Shown here in pieces: positions 40,516 to 51,689 of a stretch of 64,000 bases of DNA (its first letter is position 1; the number at the start of each line of letters is the position of its first letter). The DNA comes from Eledone cirrhosa (lineage: Eukaryota), in NCBI GenBank assembly GCA_964016885.1, contig OZ024740.1:51584001-51648000 (forward strand). The letters are read 5' to 3'. Both the position numbers and the translations under genes were made by a program. The notes beneath the pieces are model-generated. The model saw only the letters and a list, made by a program, of their open reading frames with translations, was not told the DNA's origin and searched no databases.

Positions 40516-43174
40516 TTATTCTGACTTTGTGGACATGGCCACGCGTGTTAGACACATGGAAATCAGAAAGGTACTCAGGGTTGTTGTTGGCAAGATGGTT
40601 AATAATTTTGTGGGTGTTTACCATGTCAGTTGCCAAACATTGGAGCTTCAATGTATCCATGCCCAGGGAAGCAAGGCATTCAGAGTATGGTAGATGCCTG
40701 ATGGAGGGTATTCGCTTGGTTGCGCGTCTCTGAACAGTTTCCAGGCGGTCAATGTTCTGAGCAAGATAGGGGTTCCAGACTGGTGATGCAAATTCTAAGT
40801 GTGGCCGTACCATAGTCATGTACAGCCTTAAATAGATAGCTGGAGAGCAGCTGACAAAAGTCTTGCTGAGTGATGCTAAGATACCCTCAGCCCTCTTGAC
40901 AATTTTAGAGACGTGCTTCATCCAACGCAAATCGCTGCTGACCGTAATGCCCAGGTCACATTCACAAGAAGACTTCTTGATATTAGTGCTGTGGAGGGAG
41001 TATGTGGACGTTGGGTTTTTACTCCCAAAATGCATGGTGGTGCACTTGTCCACAGCTAGCTTGAGTTGCTAGTCTGAGATCCATTGTTGCATTGTGTCCA
41101 GGTCAGACTGCAAGCAAGATCTATAGTGTTCAGGATCTGTCCTTTTTATCTCAAAGTACAGCTTGATGTCGTCTGCATACTTTAGTACTGTGGCATTCTT
41201 TAAGTTGACATCTTTGTCATTAATATATGCCACAAACAAAAGGGGCCAAGAACAGATCCCTGTGGTACACCAGATGACATCTCATATGGTGAGGAATGCT
41301 GTCTCAGAACTGTGACTACCTCTCTTCGACTGAGAATGAAGGAGTTCAACCAGTTAAAAAGATCATCCTTCACACCCATTGCAGAGAGTTATGCCATAAG
41401 CCTTTTGTGTGGCACAGAATTGAAAGCTTTCACAAAGTCAAGGTAAACAACATCCACCCATGAGCCGCCATCAGTGATCCGGGTGATGTCCTCAAGAAAC
41501 TCGATAAGTTGATCACAGCAGCTGGAGTTGGGGATAAATTCAAATTGTGAGGGCCGGATAAGACTGTGAGAGTTCCAGAAGTTCCAAAGTGTTTCTCTGA
41601 CACAGGATTCCATCAGTTTGGCAATGCAACTAGTAAGACTGACTGGACGATAGTTCACAGGTGATGTGCGGTCACCCTTTTTGAACAGAGGAATGACACT
41701 GGCAGTTTTCGACTGTTCTGGAGTAGCACTGTTGTTCAGACAGAATTGGAAGAAGCGTGATAACTGGTGCAGAAGGAAGTACCCACCACATTTAAGAAGC
41801 AGGTACGTAACACTATCAAGACCAGGAGAGGCATGGTTGCGTTTATTTTTTAGGTGACGTCGCAGCATTGCAGGTGTAAATTCCATGGTTGTAATAGAGT
41901 CCGGTGTCATAAGTGGTGGAGATGGTACACTCTGGTCTTCAATAGTGAAAATGCCTGCATAGCATTTAGCAATGAGCTCTGCGCATTCCTTGGGGTCGTC
42001 AGTAATCTGGCTTGTGTGAGGATTGCGAAGAGGACCAACTGGAGAGTGAGGCCTCTGGTTTGAGTGAACATACTTCCAGAACACCTTACTGTCAGGGCTG
42101 GTTGCTATGCGCTGCTCAAATTGAAGCACTGCCTTTTTTGTCACCTGTTTGAGGTGGTTGGACGATCTATTTCGCCTCTTCCTATTAATGTCTGATTTGT
42201 GCAGTTTGTACTCACGTTCAGCATTGCGCCGTTCTTTTCTGGCAAGACGGACTGCTGCAGTCTCCCAAATTGCACTTTTGGGATGTTTTTTCCGCTTACG
42301 TGGCACCGATGCTGCACATGCTGTCCATATTGAGCTCAGGATATTCTGGAGTACAGTGTTGACATCTCCAGAGTCGTAGAACTCAAGCCAGTTTGGCTGT
42401 TGCAACTCGGTGCAGTAACAGTTCCAGTCTGCTTTATTCCAGTCAAAGTGAGCAGTTTGGAGATGGTTGTGGTTCTTGTTACTGCCCATGAGGGATAGAT
42501 TGGCAATAATCATAGCATGATCAGAGTCACCCAAAGGTTCCTCAGCAGTAACACTAATGACCGTTTCAGGAGTAGTGGTGAAGAGTAGGTCCAAAGTGTT
42601 GTCACCTCTTGTTGGGGAGGTGACTACTTGGGACCAACTCGAGTCCAGCACTAGCTCAAGGAAGTCATTTGCACTTGGCGGCCAACAAAAGGTTTCCCAG
42701 TCAATCTCAGGGTGATTGAAGTCTCCTGTAATGAAAACATAAGTGGCTGTCTTCCTAGCAGCAGCTCTGAGGATATCACAAAGTTGAGTGTCCTGATGGT
42801 AATTTAGGGGACGGTAAACGACTCCAAGTACCAGTGTTGACATGGTGATACGTATATCGCAGAAAAAAATCTTCCTGCTGTGATTGGTTCAAATCAGCAC
42901 AAGGAATTGCCGACAGATTTGACCGAACGTAGACCATTACACCACCACCACCACGATTAATGCTGTCTTTACGAAACAGGTTGTAGCCAGTCATGCTGAA
43001 AACCCCATCACAGAGTAAGGGATGTGCCCAAGTTTCCGTGACTGTAATGAAGTCAGGGTTGATACTTTTCACGTAGGAGTCAAAAAGATGAATCTTATTG
43101 CATAGACTACGTGCATTCAAGGACAACAATTTGTACCTTGATTCCAGTCTATGATTATGTGCAGGGGATGGCAA
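40516..43174 (-). pseudogene. CR1-group (CR1/L2-like) LINE ORF2: APE endonuclease and RT, disrupted
   Basis: NARSL..K, VTETW, RGGGGV, GDFNHP, LDL, SDH; NYRPVSLTS, YLDFVKAF, YADD (41168-41179), RPHLEFASPVWNP, QRRATK, TRGH. Frameshifts and stops are present. Confidence 0.92.
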
Positions 43175-43185
43175 GTTGTTCTGAT

Positions 43186-43704
43186 TTAGTTTCCCAGAGT
43201 TTTTTCAGTTTCCTTATTGTCAGTTGTTGTGGGTACAGTGTTTTCAGACCAGTTGGTGTCTCTTTTCCATATTTCGCCAGCCTTAACAAACTTCCATATC
43301 TGCCCATCATCTCGTAGGCTGAAGCTTTCATGTTCTGCCGAGCTGCGGTTTAAGGAAGCTGCAGCACGCAACTTTGGGCGGACATCAGGTGGAAGACCAG
43401 GGCGTGTTCGGAAAGCAATCCGACTTTCACGCCTAGCTTTATCAGAGGCTGCAAGGTATGAACGTGCCTCAGTTGAGTTTGAAAATGACAGTCTAATTAG
43501 CCTGGGTTTCGGGCCTGGTCGGCCAAGGCGTAGAGCACCCTTTGCAGGAGCACAGCCCAGGTCTTTGGATAAACTGGCAGCAAATGCCTGAAGATCAACT
43601 ATGTCTTCTGGTACACCAATGGAAATCACTTCGTGGTTTACAGATTCTGTGGCATTCTCAATGCGTCTAGGTTCAACATGAGATACGCGGAGATTTTTTA
43701 ACAA
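43186..43704 (-). CDS. Probable ORF1 remnant of the CR1-group LINE
   Basis: Directly upstream of ORF2; IGVPE...RLGRPGPKPRLIRLSF is typical of RRM-like LINE ORF1. A putative 5' UTR may extend to about 43948. Confidence 0.7.
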   Translation of the reverse strand: MLKNLRVSHVEPRRIENATESVNHEVISIGVPEDIVDLQAFAASLSKDLGCAPAKGALRLGRPGPKPRLIRLSFSNSTEARSYLAASDKARRESRIAFRTRPGLPPDVRPKLRAAASLNRSSAEHESFSLRDDGQIWKFVKAGEIWKRDTNWSENTVPTTTDNKETEKTLGN

Positions 43705-43958
43705 GGCACCCCGGTAAGATATATGTATCTATATGTATGTAAAATGTAAACAGAAATAACAACACATATACTAATGAACATGTTTTTACATTAAACACAG
43801 ATAATAACAATATTTAGATATAAATGTACATATCTCTATTGGTCTCATAATTTTTTTTTTTATTTCCTTGTGTGTAGCAACACGTGGTTGTGTGTTGCTG
43901 CTGACTCTAGCAGAGCCCAAGAAAACACGTCTTGCCCTAACAGCCGCCTATATATATA

Positions 43959-43996
<38 letters not shown>

Positions 43997-44206
43997 TTTA
44001 CGTATCGAGAAAGAGAAAAAAAGGGGGGATAGGTGATACATATAGTTATTTGCCAAGTAGTGTATGCCAAAGGTGCTCGATACTAGTGCCGGCAGTATTA
44101 AATATTCGAAGTGTTAATATTTAGTGGGCTAGAGAGTTAGCAGAGCGTAAGCACGTGGGAAAGTAAAAAATCGGAGAATAGACCGTTAAAACATGTTTAT
44201 TTAAAA

Positions 44207-44251
44207 TATCGCCTACGTACGTTTCGCCCAGTTGGGCTTCTCAAGGGCATA
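44207..44251 (-). ncRNA. Hammerhead motif, inverted copy of 46661-46705
   Basis: Exact reverse complement. Confidence 0.6.
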
Positions 44252-44397
44252 AATAATCACAAGTGTTCCTTATATTGCTCGGAAAGAGATTTTGGGGTTA
44301 AATCCACATCAAGGTTCATTGCTCACAAAAATATCTTGTTTTGATTTTGCAGCAGGTCAAGGGAGGTAACTCTGGCCGGTGTTAGGGCAGCCTTTCC

Positions 44398-46373
44398 ATC
44401 CAGTTTGATATAGATAGCTACTACGCCTCTATTTCCCCCATACTCTTAAATAAGACACTTATCTTAGCTAGATCTAACACTAGCCTCACTAAAAAAGAAA
44501 TAGACATAATTCTAGCGGCACGTAGAACCATTATCCAGTTCGAAGGCTCCCACTGGACCAGAACCAACCGTCCTGATAACTTCGATGTCACGATGGGGTC
44601 CAGTGACTCAGCGCAAGCAACTGACCTGGTCGGGATATACCTCCTACATAAGCTTAGGGAAGAAATACCGGCCCTACAAGGAGGTGTATATAGGGACGAC
44701 GCCCTGTTTACCGTTAGGAACCATAGCCCCCGTAGGATAGAGAACCGTAACAAACATATACACAGGTTCTTTAAGTCATACGGCCTGTCCGTAACTATGG
44801 ACCTCAACCACAGGGTTGTCAACTTCCTGGACATGACCCTGGAGTTGAGTACGGGCTTATACAAGCCATACCATAAGCCTGGAGAGTGCCTCTCTTATAT
44901 TAATTATGCCTCCAACCACCCTAAGCAGACTCTCAACTCCATAGTCTATAGTATCTCACATAGAATCTCGAGGCTATCCGCCAATGAGAATATCTTCAAC
45001 CAAGCGGCTGATTACTACAATAGGGCCCTGATAAGCGCCGGCTTTAACCGAGGAATTTCCTACATCCCTAACGCTAGCTCTAGAAACCACCCCCCTCATA
45101 AAACTAACGTTATAGTAAGCCATACCTATAACCGATCACACGGCGACCTCATTGAAATCGGATATAATAGAATAGATAACCGCACCAAAGATCACGTCCC
45201 CGGCGACGGTGAACACTGTAGATTACTCAAACTATTCCCCTATTACAAAACCAACAAAGGCGACGGCCTACTACCAACGCCTTCCAACCAACATCTTCGT
45301 GTACATAAACATGGAAGAGGTAGAAAGAGTGCACCCGAGCATAAAGTGAAAGGGGCACCGAACGGGCGACTGCGCATTAACACACATAAGAGCGGTCACT
45401 TAGATAGAACCACCCGTAGCAAAAGTACAAGGACACGTAATCGCCACCGTAATGTCCTATGGTTCCACCAACCCCCTACTCTCGGAGTGTGGCCTCCAAC
45501 ATACCCCGGATGTTCTTCGAAGCCTTAGAGAAGAACTTCCCGCCCAACCATAGGTATAGAAAAATTCTTAATAGGAACAATATAAAAATATCCTTCTCTA
45601 CTACTCCTAACCTAGCAGACATCATAGGAACAACGAACCACAGTAAGATCACCAAGACACAGCACCTCGACACAGACGCACCTACACCTGACAATAACTA
45701 TATCGGCCTTAACAACTCCCTGACAGCATCCAATAGTGTTGGCAACGGCATCCGCAGACGCAACCAGAATGACCGCGAAATGACTGGGGAACATGCAGAA
45801 CATGACGTGCGGAATAACAATCGCACCACCCCGCGTGCTGTGGGTTGTAATTGTGCTAACGACAGCTGCGGTAGCGCAGGTAACAACGTAGGCAGCAACA
45901 ATGATAGCCTTACCGTGGGAAATAGACGGAACCGCGACAGAAATTGCAACTGCCGCGACAGAGGACGCTGCCCCCTTAGAGGATACTGCTTGACTGATAG
46001 GGTTATATATAGATGCACTATTACTAGCCACAATAGCGTTAAACATTATATAGGGGCCACCTCCGGCCCGTTCAAAATTAGGTTTCGAACACATCTCCAC
46101 TCTTTCACAAATAGAAAACTAAGGCACTCCACTTCGCTCACGGACTACATCACATCACTAAAGGACTTAAACATCAGCTTCTCCACGCACTGGGAGATTG
46201 TCGGCAGGGCTGCACCGTACAACTTCAAGAGGAAATGCGATCTTTGCCTCATGGAGCTCTACCACATCATAACTGCACCCCACGAGCTCACCAACAGCAG
46301 AGCTGAAACAGCGATAAGTTGTACACATCGCTTAAAAATATCCTTCTTCAGATGGGTTAAGGATGAAGAGTGA
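44398..46373 (+). pseudogene. PLE RT and GIY-YIG endonuclease with a frameshift near 45465
   Basis: IQFDIDSYY, FDVTMGS, YRDD, NFLD, SNHP; CNCR...CPL...C; VIYRC...YIGAT...FKIRF..H; CDLCL.E, LTNSRAE, CTH. Confidence 0.9.
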
Positions 46374-46660
46374 AATAGTACACTGGATCTCCCTGCAACA
46401 AGTCTTAACACCCCGGCGGGCAGGCGCTGCAAAATAACACCCAGGAAACAATCCTTGCATACCAGACCCAGCCTCAGACAAACGGATGCAGCAAAAAAAA
46501 AAAAAAATTGTCCGGGAAAGACTGCCCTAACACCGGCCAGAGTTACCTCCCTTGACCTGCTGCAAAATCAAAACAAGATATTTTTGCGAGCAATGAACCT
46601 TGATGTGGATTTAACCCCCAAAACTCTTTCCGAGCAATATAAGGAACACTTGTGATTATT

Positions 46661-46705
46661 TATGCCCTTGAGAAGCCCAACTGGGCGAAACGTACGTAGG
46701 CGATA
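46661..46705 (+). ncRNA. Minimal hammerhead motif, U3-A8 variant
   Basis: tatgccc-TTGAGAA-GCCCA ac TGGGC-GAAA-CGTACG-TA-ggcgata; stem I is imperfect. Confidence 0.65.
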
Positions 46706-46754
46706 TTTTAAATAAACATGTTTTAACGGTCTATTCTCCGATTTTTTACTTTCC

Positions 46755-46844
<90 letters not shown>

Positions 46845-46861
46845 ATATATATATATTATAT

Positions 46862-47237
46862 ATCATCATCATCATCATCACCGTTTTACGTCCGTTCTTC
46901 CACGCTAGCATGGGTTAGACGGGTTGTCCTGTTGTGGGCAGTGTCTGGTCGGCTGACCATGCCTTGCTCATACAGGAACTGATCTGGCTTGATTTCTACA
47001 GCTGGATGCCCTTCCTAACACCAACCTCATTTACAGTGAGTGCTGGGTGCTTTTTCGTGGCGCCTACACGTCCACTTTACAGTGTGGGCTGGGTGCTTTT
47101 TTTGCCGTGGCACCTCCACGACCACCTTGCGGTGGGGGGAGTGGGGGCATATTGTTTATATGCTTCAGCATGTACCCATGGGAGGTCGGGTACCCTGTAT
47201 TACTGCATGACGCCAGAAGTCACGGTCGTGTGTCATT
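46862..47237 (-). mobile_element. RTE 3'-end fragment (subfamily of 35339-36503)
   Basis: Reverse complement of about 36135-36503; near identical to 50365-50731. Confidence 0.92.
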
Positions 47238-47270
47238 GACTTTGAGAGGTGTAGTTATATATATATATAT

Positions 47271-48200
47271 TCCCGTTAGACCTGTACGAAATTCCTTCCT
47301 TGCTCACATTCCAACCAGGTTTGATGGTCTTTAGTCTCTCTCGTTCACGATTTCACCGAATTTATATTCATAGAAATTTGGGACTTGACTTCTTCTTGCT
47401 CACTTTTCGTTGCTTCACCATCTTTGTTTATTTACACTCGTGTCCCTTTATTTACGTGTCCCAACCACTTTTTTTAGCCGTTGCTTGCACCAACCGGAGG
47501 TATATTGTCTTTAAAGCGATGAAATACCAATGATGGTTGGAAGATCACTGATGAAGGACCACTTTATTCATATGTAACCCATTAGCAACCACGCAGCACG
47601 TTTATTCTCATATTTACACATATTTTTTCCCCGCTGTGACCCGTCTATTTCGTTCTTACTGCTTCCTCTTTCTCTGTATCTTTACCCTCTCTAGCAGTCA
47701 CTCTCTCTGTTAGGCTCTTCCTCACCCTTCACTCACTCATTCTCTGTTACTACCTCTCCTCCTTCTTCTCGTTTGACCTGTGCGTAATTCTTTTCTTTCG
47801 CACCCTTGGTCTGGCAGGCCGCTTTTTCTCTCTCTCTCGTCTACGATTTCACAGAACTTACGTTCACCGAATTCACAGACTAGATCCCTTCTTCCTCCCG
47901 TTAGACCTGTACGGAATTCCTTCCTTGCTCACATTCCAACCAGGTTTGATGGTCTTTATTCTCTCTCGTTCACGATTTCACCGAATTTATATTCATAGGA
48001 ATTTGGGACTTGACCTCTTCTTCCTCACTTTTCATTGCTTCACCAACTTTGTTTGTTTACACTCGTGTTCCCTTTATTTACGTGTCCCAACGACTTTTTT
48101 TAGCCGTTGCTCACACCAACCGGAGGTATATGGTCTTTAAAGTGATGAAATACCAATGATGGTTGGAAGATCACTGATGAAGGACTAACTTTATTCATAT
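47271..48200 (+). mobile_element. Non-coding 625-bp unit in about 1.5 tandem copies (pLTR/retrozyme-like)
   Basis: tcccgttagacctgt at 47271 and 47896. Preceded by (TA)n and contains CTGATGAAGGAC. Confidence 0.78.
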
Positions 48201-48473
48201 ATATTTATATTCAAATTTGTAAGAAAGTCAAGGATAAGAAATTATTATTTATTCATACATCTCTACGAACATTTCAATACTGCTAGAATATCAGATCCAA
48301 GATCCATTTGTAGAGCAAGTGGAGGTTATTAGTTAACAATTATTTCCATTATAGGTGCTTTATCTCAACCATATCTTTTCAGGAAATATTCAGGATGATA
48401 AAGTGCATTGAGCTTATCTCATCTTACCAAAGAAAATAGTGAAGTACTACACTATAACCTGATATATTATATA

Positions 48474-48655
48474 TCATCATCACTGTTTAGCATCCATTTT
48501 TCCATGCTTGCATGGTTTAGATGAGTGGTCCACGCCGTGAGGCAAGTCTAGCCAGAGTTGGCCACACCATACCTTGCTCCGATGATGACTGTAAATTTGA
48601 CTGGGTATTTTACAGCTGGATGCCCTTCCTAACACCAACCACATTTATAGTGTGA
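48474..48655 (-). mobile_element. Diverged RTE 3' tail fragment
   Basis: catcatca...ccatgcttgcatgg...acagctggatgcccttcctaacaccaaccacattta. Confidence 0.75.
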
Positions 48656-48682
48656 AATTGGATGGCTCTACATTCACACACA

Positions 48683-48840
48683 GGTGATGAGTTGGCAGAG
48701 TCATTAGAAAGTCAGATAGAATGTTTTGTGGTGTTCCTTCTGGCTCTCTGCTCTCTCAGTTCAAATCCCACTGAAGTCAACTTTGCCTTTCATCCTTTCA
48801 AGATCAATAAAATAAGAACCAGTTTAGTACTGGGATCAAT
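48683..48840 (+). mobile_element. tRNA-derived SINE of octopus type (diverged)
   Basis: A-box-like gagttggcagag, B-box gttcaaatcc, then gtcaactttgcctttcatcc...aataaaataag..ccagt...tactggg. Recognised from memory of octopus SINE consensus. Confidence 0.7.
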
Positions 48841-49527
48841 TCTTCCTCTATATCTCTTTTTCACTTCCTCTTTCTCAATTTCTATTCTTTTCTGGAAGAA
48901 ATCTGCTGTTTTCAGACCTAGAGGGGGGTGGGTTCCACCAGGCATAAAAAAGAAATGCCCTAGAAACGCTGTATGCCACTATGGCACCCCTATGACTGCA
49001 TCAGCAGTTACGGGACCATACTTATATATACACATACAAATAACTGCCTGCCTCTCTCAATGTGAAATGAAATATAGTAATGGTCAAAGAAAACCGAACA
49101 GTCAAGGATCATTACAAAAATGTTATAATAAAGTAATTATTGAATAAAATATCTTTACAATAAACCCCATTATTTTTGACAGGTACTATGCTAGTATAAT
49201 TTTTCATGCTCGCATATATATGTATATATATATAGAAAAAAAAAGAGAAAAGGAAAAAATTAAAAGTGACACATGCATGAGCACACCATACTTGTATAAG
49301 CAAACATCTGTGTTATTGTTTGGTGGAAAAAAAAAAATGTTCCCTTCTATTTACTGAAACTACGCCTTTGATTACTTTGCTTAACTGGACTTTTAAATAT
49401 ATTCAATTGATTTGATTCCCACCCACCCCCAAGTTTGTGCGTGTGTGTGTGTATATAACAGAGCCTAATCAATAAAAACCGACAGGAACTACAACTTTAT
49501 ATATATAGATATGTATATGTACATATA

Positions 49528-49630
<103 letters not shown>

Positions 49631-49637
49631 ATATATG

Positions 49638-49714
<77 letters not shown>

Positions 49715-49739
49715 GTATGTATATATATATATGTATATA

Positions 49740-50340
49740 AACCAGTTGGTGCTACTGGTAACATGTATTCCAGTACAACCTGTCCCATGTTCGAGTCGTT
49801 GGCGACTAAACTGGCAACCCCACCAAGGTTTCTTGGTGAGGAGGGTGACTTTGGATCCTGCAGGACTAAAAACAAAACCTGTCAAAGGGCAAAGAAGTTC
49901 TTAAGAGACAATGGCCATCCAAAATCAGCGGGAAAGATGACCCCTTAGCCTTTGTCAAGGCAGAATTCTAGAAGGAAAACTCTGATATAACACCTGCAAC
50001 TCTGATGGTATCCAATGATGTTGACTTGTTCTTCTTTTTGGTAAATATCATCTTGGTTAAGAGAGTGGGACTGGCTTTGTGCAGTGCCTTTGCTCACTAT
50101 AAAAGCTTCACGGCACAGGCATTGCTTTATATCTGGAGATCTCTCTGCACTTGTCATCACATGGTACCATGGGCCCAGCACTATGTGTCAATAATTGTCA
50201 CAAGTGTAGTGTTTGTACCAGAGTTTTCAAGTCGCTGGCTGGACTAAAAAGTCACACTCGATCAGCGCATCGGTAGGGGTTCTCCTACATGGATATAAAG
50301 TAGTGGCCGTACTCGAAAACGAGTTGGCAGCCCCCACCAT
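49740..50340 (+). mobile_element. Short non-autonomous RTE derivative (5' UTR-like part joined to a C2H2 finger and 3' tail)
   Basis: 50199-50276 encodes HKCSVCTRVFKSLAGLKSHTRSAHR*, similar to the last finger of 54535-55038. Tail ggccgtactc...ggcagcc matches the tail at 54370-54398(-). (TA)n on both sides. Confidence 0.65.
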
Positions 50341-50364
50341 ATATATATATATATATATATATAT

Positions 50365-50731
50365 ATCATCATCATCATCATCATCACCGTTTTACGTCCG
50401 TTCTTCCACGCTAGCATGGGTTAGACGGATTGTCCTGTTGTGGGCAGTGTCTGGTCGGCTGACCATGCCTTGCTCATACAGGAACTGATCTGGCTTGATT
50501 GCTACAGCTGGATGCCCTTCCTAACACCAACCTCATTTACAGTGAGTGCTGGGTGCTTTTTCGTGGCGCCTACACGTCCACTTTACAGTGTGGGCTGGGT
50601 GCTTTTTTGCCGTGGCACCTCCACGACCACCTTGCGGTGGGGGGGGGGGCATATTGTTTATATGCTTCAGCATGTACCCATGGGAGGTCGGGTACCCTGT
50701 ATTACTGCGTGACGCCAGAAGTCACGGTCGT
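50365..50731 (-). mobile_element. RTE 3'-end fragment
   Basis: Near identical to 46862-47232. Confidence 0.92.
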
Positions 50732-50746
50732 GTATATATATATATG

Positions 50747-51440
50747 AACGGAAAAAATGAAACAAAATTTCATTTCTCACTCTTAGTACAGCTGTTATTT
50801 AAATATAAGTATGTATACGTACATACATATATGTATACAGACGTACAGTAGTATGTATATATATATATACATACATGCACACATATATATATATCTACGT
50901 ATGGATTTACCGAACATTTATTATAATGCTCGGTGTGTTTGTAAACAATCCATACGTACATATATATATGTGTGCATGTATGTATATATATATACATACT
51001 ACTGTACGAGTTATGTACGTATACATACTTATATTTAAGTAACAGCCGTACTAAGAGTGAGAAATGAAATTTTGTTTCATTTTTTCCGTTTATCGTTTTC
51101 GGTGCGCCCGGCCGATTAACTCATTCGATATGCACATTAGGCTGCTCAGCCGTTAATATGCATAAGGAAAGTATATACTTTCAGACATTCAATCATCTGG
51201 CAGGAAGGTATACAGTGCTGATGATAGCTAATAAGCTTGAAACTAGTACATCGTTCCTTTGTCAGTGTTGAACAAAAGAGCAACGATGGTTGCTAAACAC
51301 TGTACGGCTTAATTCGGGATGTTTGTTTACAAACACACCGAGCATATAATAAATGTTCGGTAAATCCATACGTACATATATATATACATACTACTGTACG
51401 TCTGTATACATATATGTATGTACGTATACATACTTATATA
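50747..51440 (+). mobile_element. Non-coding hammerhead-bearing ~416-bp unit with terminal redundancy and inverted 5' segment (retrozyme/solo pLTR-like)
   Basis: atccatacgtaca at 50948 and 51364. 50747-50947 is an inverted copy spanning the unit junction. Hammerhead at 51211. Confidence 0.75.
51211..51255 (+). ncRNA. Minimal type I hammerhead ribozyme
   Basis: gtg-CTGATGA-t AGCT aata AGCT t-GAAA-CTAG-TA-cat, with palindromic stem III ACTAGT. Confidence 0.7.
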
Positions 51441-51442
51441 TG

Positions 51443-51598
51443 TAAATGTGGTTGGTGTTAGGAAGGGCATCCAACTGTAGAAAACCTGCCAGACAGTCCT
51501 ATGCGAGCAAGACAATCACTCTTGCCTCGAGTGGGAAAACCCCCGTCCAAACCCATGCAAGCGTGGAACACGGACGTTAAACGTTGATGATGATGATG

Positions 51599-51600
<2 letters not shown>
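51443..51600 (+). mobile_element. RTE 3'-end fragment
   Basis: Near identical to 54075-54235. Confidence 0.92.

Positions 51601-51687
<87 letters not shown>

Positions 51688-51689
<2 letters not shown>

Larger units (their letters stand above)
44155..46757 (+). mobile_element. 5'-truncated Penelope-like element (YRDD-type RT, Nematis/Neptune-like) with ~243-bp inverted pLTR
   Basis: 44155-44397 is the reverse complement of 46515-46757, with RT and GIY-YIG coding sequence between them. Confidence 0.92.

Noticed and set aside
47548-47600. Complete hammerhead in the 625-bp unit
   Set aside because: CTGATGAAGGAC is present but I found no matching GTCC-GAAA and stem III in any copy.
48662-49147. 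161-aa ORF as a host exon
   Set aside because: It begins within a SINE and has no recognisable motif.
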